This document shows positions 10,064-20,500 of a stretch of DNA of 64,000 nt, one piece after another. Made by a program: the position numbers and the translations under genes. The notes beneath the pieces are model-generated. The model saw only the letters and a program-made list of their open reading frames with translations, ran no database searches and was not told the origin of the DNA. This DNA comes from an uncultured Acidobacteriota bacterium. GTDB taxonomy: Bacteria; Acidobacteriota; Terriglobia; Acidiferrales; UBA7541. The stretch lies in contig CAWEMN010000016.1 of NCBI GenBank assembly GCA_963810155.1, positions 131,090 to 195,089 of the forward strand. Reading direction: 5' to 3'. Position 1 is the first letter of the stretch. Each line of letters opens with the position of its first letter.

Positions 10064-11776
10064 ATGCACTATTTCGCCTTAGCGTGTGACTTTGATCAGA
10101 CCCTGGCCACCAGCGGCGTCGTCGCTAAAAGCACCCTGGCAGCCTTGGAGCGGCTTCTCGCCTCGGGCCGTAAGCTCGTGCTCGTCACGGGCCGGCAACT
10201 CGACGATTTACTTCGGATCTTCCCCGAAATTTCGCTCTTCGAGAGGGTGATCGCCGAAAATGGCGCCGTTCTCTACCGTCCCGAGACTCGCGAAACGAAA
10301 CTGCTTGCCGAGCCGCCCCCTCAAGCTTTCGTGGACTCCCTGCGGCGGCACGGAGTTTCGCCTCTCTCCGTCGGCCTGGTGATCGTGGCCACCGAGGTCC
10401 CCGAAGACGCGAAAGTACTTACCGCCATCCGCGAGCTCGGCTTGGAACTTCAAGTGATCTACAACAAGGGCGCGGTGATGATTTTGCCATCCGGGGTCAA
10501 CAAGGCCACCGGCGTGCTCGCCGCTCTTTCCGAAATGTGTGTCTCCCATCACAACGCCATCGGGATTGGCGACGCCGAAAATGACCACGCTTTGCTGGGA
10601 GCCTGCGAGTGCGGCATTGCGGTAGCCAATTCCATTCAAACCTTGCGGGAGCGCGCCGACCTGGTTACCAGCGGCCCCAACGGCAAAGGCATGGAGGAGG
10701 TCATCGACAGGCTGCTGCTCGACGACCTTCGCGGAGTGCGAAATCGCCTGGTGCGCCATCCCATCCCGATGGGAACGGCCGCAGATGGGACGCGGGTTGC
10801 GATCGATTCCTACAACTCCAGTTTCGTGATCGCCGGCCCCTCTTCCAGCGGAAAATCGACCGCGATGATCGGGCTGCTCGAGCGCCTGGTCGACAATGAT
10901 TTTCAGGTCTGCCTCGTCGATCCCGAGGGCGATTACTCGCATCTTGAGAATATCGTCACGCTGGGGAGTTCCGAGCGGCCCCCCAATGTCACCGAGATCT
11001 TCCAGGTTCTCCAGAATCCAAAGTCGTCGCTGATCGTAAATCTGCTGGGGTTGCCGCTCGTTGACCGCCCGCTCTTCTTCGCCGCGCTCCTGCCCAAGCT
11101 GCTGGAGCTTCGCGCCAAGTCCGGACGGCCCCACTGGATCATCATCGATGAAGCCCATCACCTCTTGCCCAGGGAACGCGACCAGAACATCGGCATGATC
11201 CCCCAGGAGTTAACCGGAGTCATTCTGATCACTGTGCACGTCGATGCCGTGCTTGAGGCCGCCTTGAAGTCCATGACCGGAATCGTGGCCCTGGGCGCTT
11301 CCCCGGAAGAGACCATTCGCCAGTTCAGCAGAGCCGTAGGAGTGCCGCCTCCCGTTCATGGCGCATTGACGAACCGCCCCGGCGAAGCATTCGTCTGGCT
11401 GCGCGATAGTCCGAGCGGCCCCGTGGCGATCCGCATCCAGCCGGCGACCAGCGAAGTCCGCCGGCACAGGCGCAAGTATGCGGAGGGGAAACTCGGGCCC
11501 GACCGCAGCTTTTTCTTCAAGGGCCCAGGCGGAAAGCTGAATCTGCGCGCACACAACCTGAACATGTTCATACAAATTGCCGAAGGGTTGGACGATGAGA
11601 CCTGGCTGCACCACCTGCGCCACGGCGATTATTCCCAATGGCTTCGTGAGGCCATCAAGGACGAAGCCCTCGCGTCGGAAGTGCGCGAAATCGAAAAGGA
11701 CGGAAAGGAATCGCCGCAGAAGACCCGGACCGCCGTCATCGAGGCCATCAACAAACGCTATACCCGCGCGGAGTGA
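10064..11776 (+). CDS. fusion protein: N-terminal Cof-type HAD-IIB phosphatase domain + C-terminal DUF87/HerA-like P-loop ATPase domain
   Basis: DFDQTL (DxDxT) HAD motif I, GDAENDHALL motif IV; then Walker A AGPSSSGKST, VDPEGDY (DUF87/VirB4-type) and Walker B IIIDEAHHL; intact 570 aa frame. Confidence 0.7.
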   Translation: MHYFALACDFDQTLATSGVVAKSTLAALERLLASGRKLVLVTGRQLDDLLRIFPEISLFERVIAENGAVLYRPETRETKLLAEPPPQAFVDSLRRHGVSPLSVGLVIVATEVPEDAKVLTAIRELGLELQVIYNKGAVMILPSGVNKATGVLAALSEMCVSHHNAIGIGDAENDHALLGACECGIAVANSIQTLRERADLVTSGPNGKGMEEVIDRLLLDDLRGVRNRLVRHPIPMGTAADGTRVAIDSYNSSFVIAGPSSSGKSTAMIGLLERLVDNDFQVCLVDPEGDYSHLENIVTLGSSERPPNVTEIFQVLQNPKSSLIVNLLGLPLVDRPLFFAALLPKLLELRAKSGRPHWIIIDEAHHLLPRERDQNIGMIPQELTGVILITVHVDAVLEAALKSMTGIVALGASPEETIRQFSRAVGVPPPVHGALTNRPGEAFVWLRDSPSGPVAIRIQPATSEVRRHRRKYAEGKLGPDRSFFFKGPGGKLNLRAHNLNMFIQIAEGLDDETWLHHLRHGDYSQWLREAIKDEALASEVREIEKDGKESPQKTRTAVIEAINKRYTRAE

Positions 11777-11935
11777 AAAAGCGTATAGCTCCGGGCCTTT
11801 TTCCACCCCCTACGGCAGAACCCCCGCGAAATTACAGTAATCGCCCGATGACGACCGTTTCACCTTCTGGGGTACTTGTGGTCGGGATCTAGTCCCATGC
11901 ACACACACCCCAAAGGAGCGGACCAATGCCAAAAA

Positions 11936-12073
11936 AGTCCGACACGAAACGTTCACCTCGTCGTTCCAGTCGGCAGACCGACCGGAATAACAAGGCACAG
12001 CAGGGCCGTCAGAAGGCGTCCGAGTCTCAGACGCCACGCCGCGAAGAGCACCGTATGGACATGGAGGAGTAGG
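11936..12073 (+). CDS. small highly basic hypothetical protein (45 aa)
   Basis: AAAGGAG RBS 7 nt upstream of ATG; MPKKSDTKRSPRRSSRQTDRNNKAQQGRQKASESQTPRREEHRMDMEE; followed by hairpin + T-tract. Confidence 0.35.
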
Positions 12074-12086
12074 CGCCTCCCTTTTG
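12059..12086 (+). terminator. putative intrinsic terminator
   Basis: GGAGG-agtaggcg-CCTCC hairpin followed by CTTTTG. Confidence 0.4.
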
Positions 12087-12379
12087 CGGCAATGTCGCCT
12101 TCGGGAAAAAGCTGCCTGATCGGGCGGAAAGACCCCCCGGTAAAGGTAGCTTCAACGTGCCGAAAAGAGTGGCGCTTTTCCCGGGAAGCAAAATCGACAC
12201 TTCGCCGCTTTACAAGTCCGGACCATCAATCTCTCCGGGCTTGGGCCGCGCACAAACCGCAAAGCTCACTAACAGGATGAGCTTTCGCTGAAAAGGAAAA
12301 CAGGGGGCGAGCGCTCCATCATGCAAACCTCTCGCCCCGCGCGGCCTGTTCCTTGAGTTCCAGAAAACCCCTGCCGAAA

Positions 12380-13320
12380 TCAGAAATGCCACGTCATTTT
12401 TGCGTAAGCGCTGCGCTTGATCAGGCTGGATTGCACGATCTGGTCGGTGTTGCTCGTTTCCAGATGATGGTCGTGCAGCAGGTTCTGGCCGACCACACTG
12501 ACGGAAATGCGCTCACCGCCCTGCCAGGTCAGGTTGGTATCGAGCCGCGTATATGACGGCACATTTTGAGATGCGAGACGCCCGACGAAGAATGCGGAGA
12601 GGTCGAATAGGAAATGTCTCGGAAGGACGACGTGCGAGCGCAGTTGGACTCTGATTTGCTGGGCTGTTTCCTTCCGTTCCGGGGCCAGTCCGAAAATCCT
12701 GACTGTTCGGCGCCGGGTGCAAGTGCATCGCCAGAAATGTATAGCTGGGACTAAGCGTCCATCGGTCCGATACTTTCCAGCGGATCGCAGCTTCCGCGCC
12801 ATGGGTCTCTCCGTGCAACAAGTTGTCAAACATCAGCTGGAGAGACCAAGTAAAGCGATGAGGCGTTGGATTCGAGGAAGGGTGCCGTCGGTTCGACGGA
12901 ACGAAGGTGGTTGTAATGGTTGAAAAACGTGGTCAGGTCGAGCGAAAGCCGCCTGCTGAACTCCCTGCGCACTCCAAGTTCGGTGGCAAAGAGATTTTCA
13001 TTGTCTTCCCGCGGGTTGCCAAAGGCAGTCACCAGAATCGGCAACCCACCGGGCCCTGACAGTGCAAGTTGCGTAAATCGTACTCCAAGGTCAGCGAAGG
13101 ATGGCGTCCGTTCCGCAACGGAGAAGCTGGACCACATCATGGTACGGCTGGTCGCAACCCAGGCGATCCGCAGGCTCGGCTGCGTGGCGGACCCGGTGAA
13201 AGAATTGTGTTCGAGTTTGGCTCCCAGCGTAAGGTAGAGGCTTTGTTTCGGAGAAACCGGCCGAGGCGTTGTCCGATTCATCCAGAGACGCCGGCCAACC
13301 GGTGCTAGCGAAGAAGACAA
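12380..13320 (-). pseudogene. degraded C-terminal fragment of a TonB-dependent receptor-like outer-membrane beta-barrel
   Basis: Three overlapping frames each carry barrel-like segments (LHGETHGAEAAIRWKVSDRWTLSPSYTFLAMHL; ...RSAYAKMTWHF C-terminal aromatic); no plug/N-terminal region; at least 2 frameshifts. Confidence 0.6.
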
Positions 13321-13572
13321 GGATCCACACTCGCGACGCGATGGAGGAGCTGCCTTGCCAATCCTTATTCGCTAGCTTCGCCGAAAGAGAGGATTACTGC
13401 GGGAAGACCACGGCGACGAGACCCAGATACCGAACGCCGTGAACCAAGAGGGAATCCCAACTTTTTCTGCTGCAAATCTGCCTGTATGATTTTTACCACG
13501 CCTGATGGGCAAGGGTGCGGAGTTGAGTCCGTTTGTGTCCCATCGGTACTCGCACTCCCGAACGAGGCGGAG

Positions 13573-15041
13573 TCAGCTGGTTGAGCTTTGGTTGGCTCTG
13601 GGCGCTAACGGCAAAACCACCCGCACGCGAGTTCCGGTTCGTTCGGAGCTGATCTCCAATACTCCAGCGAGATCTTTCACCCGTTCGCGCATCCCCGTGA
13701 TACCGATCCCGGGCTGAAACTCCGCAGGCGCGTCGCCACTCCCTTTTCCCTGATCCTGCACCTCTAACCAGGCCTGTTGTGAATCGGAGCCAATGCGGAG
13801 CGTGGCGGTCTTGCTCCCCGAATGCCGATGGATGTTCGTCAGGCACTCCTGAAGAATGCGGAACAGCACCAACTCCACTTCATTCCCTAGTCGATCGAGA
13901 TGTTCGGGAATTTCCAGCCTCACCTGAATCCCGCTCCGCGTGGCAAATCCCTGCACGTACCATTGAGCCGCCGATGCCAGCCCCAACTCCTCGAGCAAAG
14001 GCGGATGAAGAAGATGGGAGATCGTCCGAATTTCCGATGCGCAACCTTTCGCCATCGCGGCAGCCTCTTCGAGCTTTTGGGTGGCGGATTCCTGCTCTAT
14101 CTTGGCTGCATCCAACGCTAACGTAACCGCCGCGAGGTACTGGCCGGCGCTGTCGTGCAATTCGCGCGCGACGCGGCGCCGCTCTTCATCTTGAGAGCGA
14201 ATCAACTGCGCGGACAGCTGCCTCAACTGTTGATTGCTTTGCTCCAGTTCGGCTGTCCGTTCCCGCACCTGCTTTTCCAGTTCGCTGTAGGCCAATTCAC
14301 GGGCGGCCCTGCGCTGCTCTTCCGCCTTGCGGAGCTCCTGCTCGGACTTCTTCCGTTCCGTTACGTCCCGATTGATCTCCAATCGGATCGCGGGTTCCCA
14401 CTTGGTTTCCTGCTGCAGTGTCGAGCGGCTTGCCACGAAAATCTCGGCGCCGTCGCGCCGGGTCTGAATGAGTTCTTGTTCCCAGTTGCCTTGCCGCATC
14501 AACGCCGCTTTACTCTGATCGAGCGGCTGAGAGCAAACAGTCTTGAGGAGCACGTTGATATCTTTGCCGATGGCTTCTGCGGTCTTCCAGCCATAAAGCT
14601 TCTCGGCGCCCTGGTTCCAATATCTGACCGTATCGTCGGTGGGGTCGAGCTCAATAATTGCATCATTGGCGGCATCGAGGACGTGCAACCCGATGTAGCC
14701 GGGCAAATTGTCCGCGGCGATTTGCCTCTCCAAGGGCCACGATAAGGCCGGACACGAGCAGAAATCCGAACAACCCGAATACGTCATCGCGGCCCGGTGC
14801 CGCAAACAATTTATTGCGGAGACAAAAACAAGACCCACACACCCACTGCTCCCGAGACGGCCGTCAGGACAGACGGACTGAGTCCACACCACCACGAAGA
14901 GAGAACAACTGCGGCGCAAAGTATAAGATACCGGCTGGCGTTACCGGGAGAAGGCCCGAGCAGCTCACCCAGGGCAAGGGCCACCGCCGTCGCCGATAGC
15001 GCGATGACGTAACGGCCGACGCTGCTCTTCGGTATCTTCAT
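13573..15041 (-). CDS. sensor histidine kinase (PAS + HisKA_3 + HATPase_c) with N-terminal DUF4118-like membrane domain; apparent frameshift near 14811-14919
   Basis: HisKA_3 H-box RELHDSAGQ, PAS region, ATPase G-boxes; 76 aa ORF 14811-15041 (RYVIALSATAVALALGELL...) looks like the missing membrane N-terminus in another frame. Confidence 0.7.
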
Positions 15042-15357
15042 GCGGAACGCAGCGGGCCAGGCTTAGGGGAGTAGTAATGTTACCATGGGGTGTTTACCGG
15101 ATACTGCGAGTCGCGCCCCGAGAGATGCCCTTCTACGCAATAAGTCCTTTACAATAAGCATATCCCAAACGGGTGCGGCACCGGAGACATACATTACTTC
15201 CTGTATTGTCCCTGTCCCGGCCCTGTCCCGGATTGACACTTTGCGCTCTCTCCCCGGCATACCTGTCGGGCAAACACAGTGACTCACCTGCGGAAACCAA
15301 GATGTTGCTGTATCGAATGAAAACTCAAACCGTCCTACCTTAGTAGTTAGTTCCGAC

Positions 15358-15723
15358 ATGGCTGCTCGAATCCTACTGGTGGACGATTTCCAAGGAATAC
15401 GCGGCGGTGTTCGCTCCCTCTTAATGAAGGAGCGAGTCGAGATTTGCGGTGAGGCTGCGAACGGCCGCGAAGCCATCGAGAGGGTTCGCGAATTGCATCC
15501 CGACCTCGTGCTTCTCGACCTGATCATGCCTGTGATGGACGGCATGGAAGCCGCTCATGAAATCCATCGCATCTCTCCAGCGACAAAGATTTTGTTCTTT
15601 ACCATCGAGGATAGTCCGGAAGCTGCCGCCGCCGCGCGCAGAGTCGGAGCCGACGGGCTTATCCCTAAATCCGCTGCCGGAAGCGAATTAATTCCTACCA
15701 TCAAGCGTCTGCTGCACAATTAG
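15358..15723 (+). CDS. single-domain response regulator (CheY-like receiver)
   Basis: LLVDD, phospho-acceptor D in VLLDLIMP, conserved K (IPKS); divergent from the kinase. Confidence 0.8.
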   Translation: MAARILLVDDFQGIRGGVRSLLMKERVEICGEAANGREAIERVRELHPDLVLLDLIMPVMDGMEAAHEIHRISPATKILFFTIEDSPEAAAAARRVGADGLIPKSAAGSELIPTIKRLLHN

Positions 15724-15906
15724 CATTCGACACAAGCGAATTGCCCTCGATTCCCTGCACCCGCCGTTGACTCAAGCCAGTACGGTCGCGTAACGTTCCG
15801 CCGAGTCGAAGGCCCGCTAAATCAGCTATGCTCGCTAATTTGTTTTTGGCCCCTCCAAGCGCAATGCTGTCCACAGCTAGTCAGATTACCGAAAGGAGAA
15901 TCAGTC

Positions 15907-16767
15907 ATGTCACTCGTGGATTTTGTCGCCACCCCGAAGTTCGAGGAATACAAGGAGCGATTCAAGCAGCATTACAATCTGGAGCGCCGCGCTGACGGCG
16001 TCATTCTCGCTCAAGCGCATACCGCCGGCGGACCCATCCAGCTGAGCGTCGAAAATCATCGTTCCGTCGGCCAGCTCTTCAAGACCATCGGCGCCGATCC
16101 CGAGAACGAAGTCATGATCTTCACCGGGACGGGCGAAGACTTCATGATGGACGCCGATCCGGAGGGCTTCAAACTCGAACAAGAGGACCTGCAGCATTGG
16201 GCATACGAATATGCCTATAAAGACGGCAGGATCAACGTCAGCTCTCTGGTAAACGATCTGGAAATTCCCACCATCGGCGTGCTGAATGGTCCGGGCTTTC
16301 ATACCGAAATCTGCCTGATGTGCGACATCACCATTTGCGCTGAAGACGCCATCATTTTCGATCTGCACTATGACATCGGCTCTGTTCCGGGCGACGGAAT
16401 TCATAGCTGTTTGCTGGAGTTGCTGGGCGTCAAGCGCGGAGCCTACGCCCTGCTCACGGGCCAGGCGATTGACGCCCAGAAGGCTCTGGAGTACGGCCTG
16501 GTGAATGAAGTGGTGCCCCGGGATAAACTCCTGGAGCGAGCCTGGAAGCTTGCCGACCACATCATGACCCAGCCCCGCATCACGCGCCGCCTCACCACTC
16601 AAATCGTTCGGCGTCCCTGGAAAAAGAGGATTACCGACGACCTGGACGGCGGCTTTGGTATCCAGATGTTTGCGCACCTGGCCAAGAAGAAGTCCATCCA
16701 CAGCCGAAGTCACATCGCTTCATCGACCGCCTACGTAAAGGAGGGCAAGAAAAACAACATCAAATAG
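15907..16767 (+). CDS. enoyl-CoA hydratase/isomerase (crotonase) superfamily protein
   Basis: 286 aa; crotonase-fold pattern (FTGTGEDFMMDAD ... GVLNGPGF). Confidence 0.7.
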   Translation: MSLVDFVATPKFEEYKERFKQHYNLERRADGVILAQAHTAGGPIQLSVENHRSVGQLFKTIGADPENEVMIFTGTGEDFMMDADPEGFKLEQEDLQHWAYEYAYKDGRINVSSLVNDLEIPTIGVLNGPGFHTEICLMCDITICAEDAIIFDLHYDIGSVPGDGIHSCLLELLGVKRGAYALLTGQAIDAQKALEYGLVNEVVPRDKLLERAWKLADHIMTQPRITRRLTTQIVRRPWKKRITDDLDGGFGIQMFAHLAKKKSIHSRSHIASSTAYVKEGKKNNIK

Positions 16768-16857
16768 CGGCTTGCGGAATGGACGCGCAAGCCTGAGCCC
16801 ATGGCACCCATACATCGCGTGTGATATAAACGCGTAAGCTCGCCGCGAGGTGTCAGA

Positions 16858-18791
16858 ATGCGTAAATCAAAAGCCGGCTCCGTGGATCGCCGATCTTTCC
16901 TCAAGAGCGCTGCCGTCGGCGCCGCAGCGCTGGCTGCCAATCCCGTAGCTTCCCACGCGCAGCAGATCGAAGCGCGCGCCGTCGCTCCCGCGCCGGTGCC
17001 GCCCGAAGCCGAAATCGGCACGCCCACGAAGCTCGAGGTGCTCACCGAAGAGCGTTCCGGCTCCGATTTCATGGTCGACGTCATCAAGTCGCTGGGCATC
17101 GAGTACGTCTGCTCCAATCCCGGATCGAGTTTCCGCGGCCTGCACGAGTCGGTGATCAATTACGGCGGCAACAAAGGTCCAGAGTTCATTACCTGCTGCC
17201 ATGAAGAGTCGGCCGTCGCCATGGGCCACGGCTACGCCAAGATCGAAGGCAAGCCGCTCGCGGTGTTTGCGCATGGCACCGTCGGACTGCAGCACGCGGC
17301 CATGGCCATTTACAACGCCTGGTGCGACCGCGTTCCCGTTTACATCGTCATCGGTAATATCGTCGACGCCACCAAGCGCCTGCCGGGCGTCGAGTGGATG
17401 CACAGCGTCCAGGATGCCGCCGCCATGGTGCGCGACTTCGTCAAGTGGGACGATCTTCCGGCTTCGCTTCCCCACTTTGCCGAATCTGCCGTGCGCGCTT
17501 ACAAAATCGCCATGACGCCGCCCACTCTGCCCGTGCTTCTCGTCGCCGACGCTGAATTACAGGAAAATCCCATACCCAACGGCCTCGCGTTGCACATTCC
17601 CAAACTCGGACAGCTTTCTCCGCCCGTGGGCGATTCCGCCGCGGTTGCCGACGTCGCTCGCATGCTCGTGGCCGCGCAGAACCCTGTCTTGCTCGCCGAT
17701 CGCGTCGGACGCACCGCCGCCGGCATGAAAAATCTTGTCGATCTTGCCGAAGCTCTGCAGGCTCCCGTCGTCAGCCGTCCCGGCCGCATGAACTTCCCCA
17801 GCCGCCATCCGCTGAACCAAACCGATCGCGCCAATGCCCTGATCCGCGAAGCCGACGTGATCCTGGGCCTGGAGATGGCCGATCTGTCCGGGCAATGTGA
17901 ATAGCTTCCGCGATCAGATGCGGCGCACCTCCGAGCCTATCCTGAAGGATGGCGCCAAGCTGATCAGCATCAACGCCGACGATCTCTACACCAAGGCCAA
18001 TTACCAGGATTTCCAACGCTTTCCCGAAGTCGACCTGGCCATCGCGGCCGATGGCGAAGCCACCCTGCCGTCGCTTACCGAAGCCGTCAAGCGGCTACTG
18101 ACCGACGATCGCAGCCGCGCCTTCCAAGCAGCGTGGCGCAAAGCTCGCCGAAGCGCGCCAGCAATCGCTCGACCGCGCCCGCGAAGCGGCTACTTACGGC
18201 TGGGACGCCAGCCCCATCAGCACCTCGCGGCTCTGTGCCGAAGTCTGGAACCAGATCAAGGACCACGACTGGTCGCTCGTTTCCGCTTACACTTTCGTCA
18301 ACGCATGGCCCACCCGCTTGTGGAATTTCGACAAGCACTATCAATATATCGGCGCCGCCGGCGGCTACGGCGTCGGTTACGGCGCGCCGGCCGCGGTGGG
18401 CGCGGCGCTTGCCAACCGCAAATATGGCCGCCTCTCGGTGAATATCCAGAATGACGGCGATCTGATGTATGCCCCTGGAGTTCTGTGGACCGCGGCGCAT
18501 CACCATATTCCGCTGCTCACGGTGATGCACAATAACCGCGCCTATCATCAGGAAGTGATGCAGGTGCAGATCATGGCCGACCGGCACAATCGCGGCATCG
18601 ATCGCGCCGGCATCGGCACCACCATGACCGAGCCCAATATCGAGTTTGCCAAGCTGGCGCAAAGCATGGGCGTGTATGGCGAAGGTCCCATCAGCGATCC
18701 CAAGGATCTGGGGCCGGCCATCAAGCGCGCGCTGGAAGTTGTCAACCGCGGCGAGCCCGCCGTCGTCGACGTGCTCACCCAGCCGCGCTAA
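16858..18791 (+). CDS. Tat-signal thiamine-pyrophosphate (TPP)-dependent enzyme (acetolactate-synthase/POX superfamily); two apparent frameshifts (~17895, ~18125)
   Basis: Twin-arginine signal RRSFLKSAAVGAAALAA; TPP N-terminal Pyr domain; central domain in frame 2 (GTG 17897); C-terminal TPP-binding GDG...NN motif (NDGDLMY...HNNRAY) in frame 0. Confidence 0.7.
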
Positions 18792-18852
18792 GCGGCGCTT
18801 CTAGCGCTGGAAAATGAGCGGAGCGAAAAATATCTCTGACGAGATCACAACA

Positions 18853-19509
18853 ATGAAACGCGATCCCCACGTCCGTCATGTATTCCTAATCGTCGCGCTC
18901 GTCGCGGCCTTCTCGCTTGCCGCGAGCGTTGCCGCCCAAGCCGCACCCCGCCCCCAGAACGCTCCCGCGGGCAATGCCCAACGAGGCAAGCAAACCTTTA
19001 CCGATCGCACCTGCGCCATGTGCCACGGCAGCCAGGGTGAGGGCAATATCGGCCCGACCCTCGCGCCGCCCCCGCGAGCCTTTGCCGATTTCTCTCGATA
19101 CGTTCGCCAGCCCGGCGGCGCGATGCCGCCGTTCGCTCCGCAGGCTGTCTCCGATGCCGACCTCGCGGACATCTACGCATTTCTTCAATCCGCGAATCCC
19201 GGCCCCTCGAGCAATCTTTCCGCGCTCACCGGCAACGCCCAGACGGGCGCGCGCATTTTCGCCAGTGACGGCTGCTACGAATGCCATGGCCGCGTCGGCC
19301 AGGGAGCGCAACAAACGGGTGCGCCGCGCATCGGTCCGCCCGCGCTCTCGATCGATGCATTCGCGCGTTACATTCAGCGGCCCACCGGCAATATGCCTCC
19401 CTACACCAGCAAAGTTGTCTCCGACCAGGCGGTCGCAGACATCTATGCGTACCTGAAATCGGTCCCGCCCCCGCCGCCGGCCAAAAGCATCCCGCTGCTC
19501 AACCAATGA
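18853..19509 (+). CDS. dihaem c-type cytochrome (periplasmic)
   Basis: Signal peptide/TM after MKRDPHV, two CxxCH motifs (CAMCH, CYECH), each followed by a distal Met region. Confidence 0.8.
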   Translation: MKRDPHVRHVFLIVALVAAFSLAASVAAQAAPRPQNAPAGNAQRGKQTFTDRTCAMCHGSQGEGNIGPTLAPPPRAFADFSRYVRQPGGAMPPFAPQAVSDADLADIYAFLQSANPGPSSNLSALTGNAQTGARIFASDGCYECHGRVGQGAQQTGAPRIGPPALSIDAFARYIQRPTGNMPPYTSKVVSDQAVADIYAYLKSVPPPPPAKSIPLLNQ

Positions 19510-19587
19510 TGCTTCGACTTCTTTTCTCATCGTGGGAAAAGCAGCACTGATCGGTGTTGAGCAAAACGAAATGAGGCGAGGAAACTA

Positions 19588-20382
19588 GTGAATAAGATGC
19601 ACGGCAAAAGTTTTGCCCGGATCGCCGCGTTGATCGCGACGTGTGCGCTTCTTACTTTCGCCGCGGCGCGCCCCACCGAGATCAAGGTGGTAACTTCCGG
19701 CGCGTTCACCGCGGCCTATCTCGAATTGGTTCCCGAATATCAACAGGCCACGCACAATAAGCTTCTGACGGAATTCGGGCCCTCCATGGGCACAACGCAT
19801 AACGCCATTCCCATTCGACTCGATCGCGGTGAGGCCATCGATGTCGTGATCATGGCCGCGCCTGCTCTCGACGATCTCATCAAGCAGGGCAAGGTCCGGG
19901 CGAACAGTCGCGTCGAATTGGTCCAATCTAAAATGGGTATGGCCGTCAAAGCGGGAGCGCCCAAGCCCGACATCAGCACCTTGGACGCGCTGAAACGCAC
20001 GCTGCTCGCGGCAAAGTCGATTGCGTACTCCGATAGCGCCAGCGGCGTCTATCTCTCGACCGAGCTGTTTCCGAAGCTCGGCATTGCCGACCAGATTAAA
20101 AACAAGAGTAAAAAGATCGAGGCCGACCCGGTGGGCGGGGTCGTTGCGACGGGAGAGTTCGAGATTGGCTTCCAGCAGATCAGCGAGCTGCGTCCGGTGA
20201 AGGGCATCGACATCGTGGGAGAGCTGCCGCCCGGGGCGCAGAGGGTAACGGTGTTCGCCGCGGGTATTCCCACAACCTCAACGCATCCGGAGGCGGCCAA
20301 GGCGCTCATCCAGTGGCTTGCCTCGCCGGCCAATTACGCAACCATCAGGAAAACCGGCCTGGAACCGGCGAAGTCCAACTAG
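19588..20382 (+). CDS. ModA-like periplasmic substrate-binding protein (molybdate/tungstate-binding family), orphan
   Basis: Signal peptide; EIKVVTSGAFTAAYLEL N-terminal strand and overall 264 aa PBP2 pattern resemble ModA/SBP_bac_11; no permease/ATPase adjacent. Confidence 0.6.
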   Translation: MNKMHGKSFARIAALIATCALLTFAAARPTEIKVVTSGAFTAAYLELVPEYQQATHNKLLTEFGPSMGTTHNAIPIRLDRGEAIDVVIMAAPALDDLIKQGKVRANSRVELVQSKMGMAVKAGAPKPDISTLDALKRTLLAAKSIAYSDSASGVYLSTELFPKLGIADQIKNKSKKIEADPVGGVVATGEFEIGFQQISELRPVKGIDIVGELPPGAQRVTVFAAGIPTTSTHPEAAKALIQWLASPANYATIRKTGLEPAKSN

Positions 20383-20500
20383 GCGAAGCCTCCCGATGCC
20401 TGCTGTGATTCAGGATGCCCAGCCTTTTTACCTTGGCTCTCAAATTTCAAATTCGTAGTCGTGCGGGGTGTTATATGATTCCGCGCCTAGGGAGAACATC

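Noticed and set aside
10208-11806. Minus-strand ORFs (317 aa, 198 aa) inside the HAD-ATPase gene
   Set aside because: Antisense to an intact gene with clear motifs; Arg/Gly-rich, no RBS
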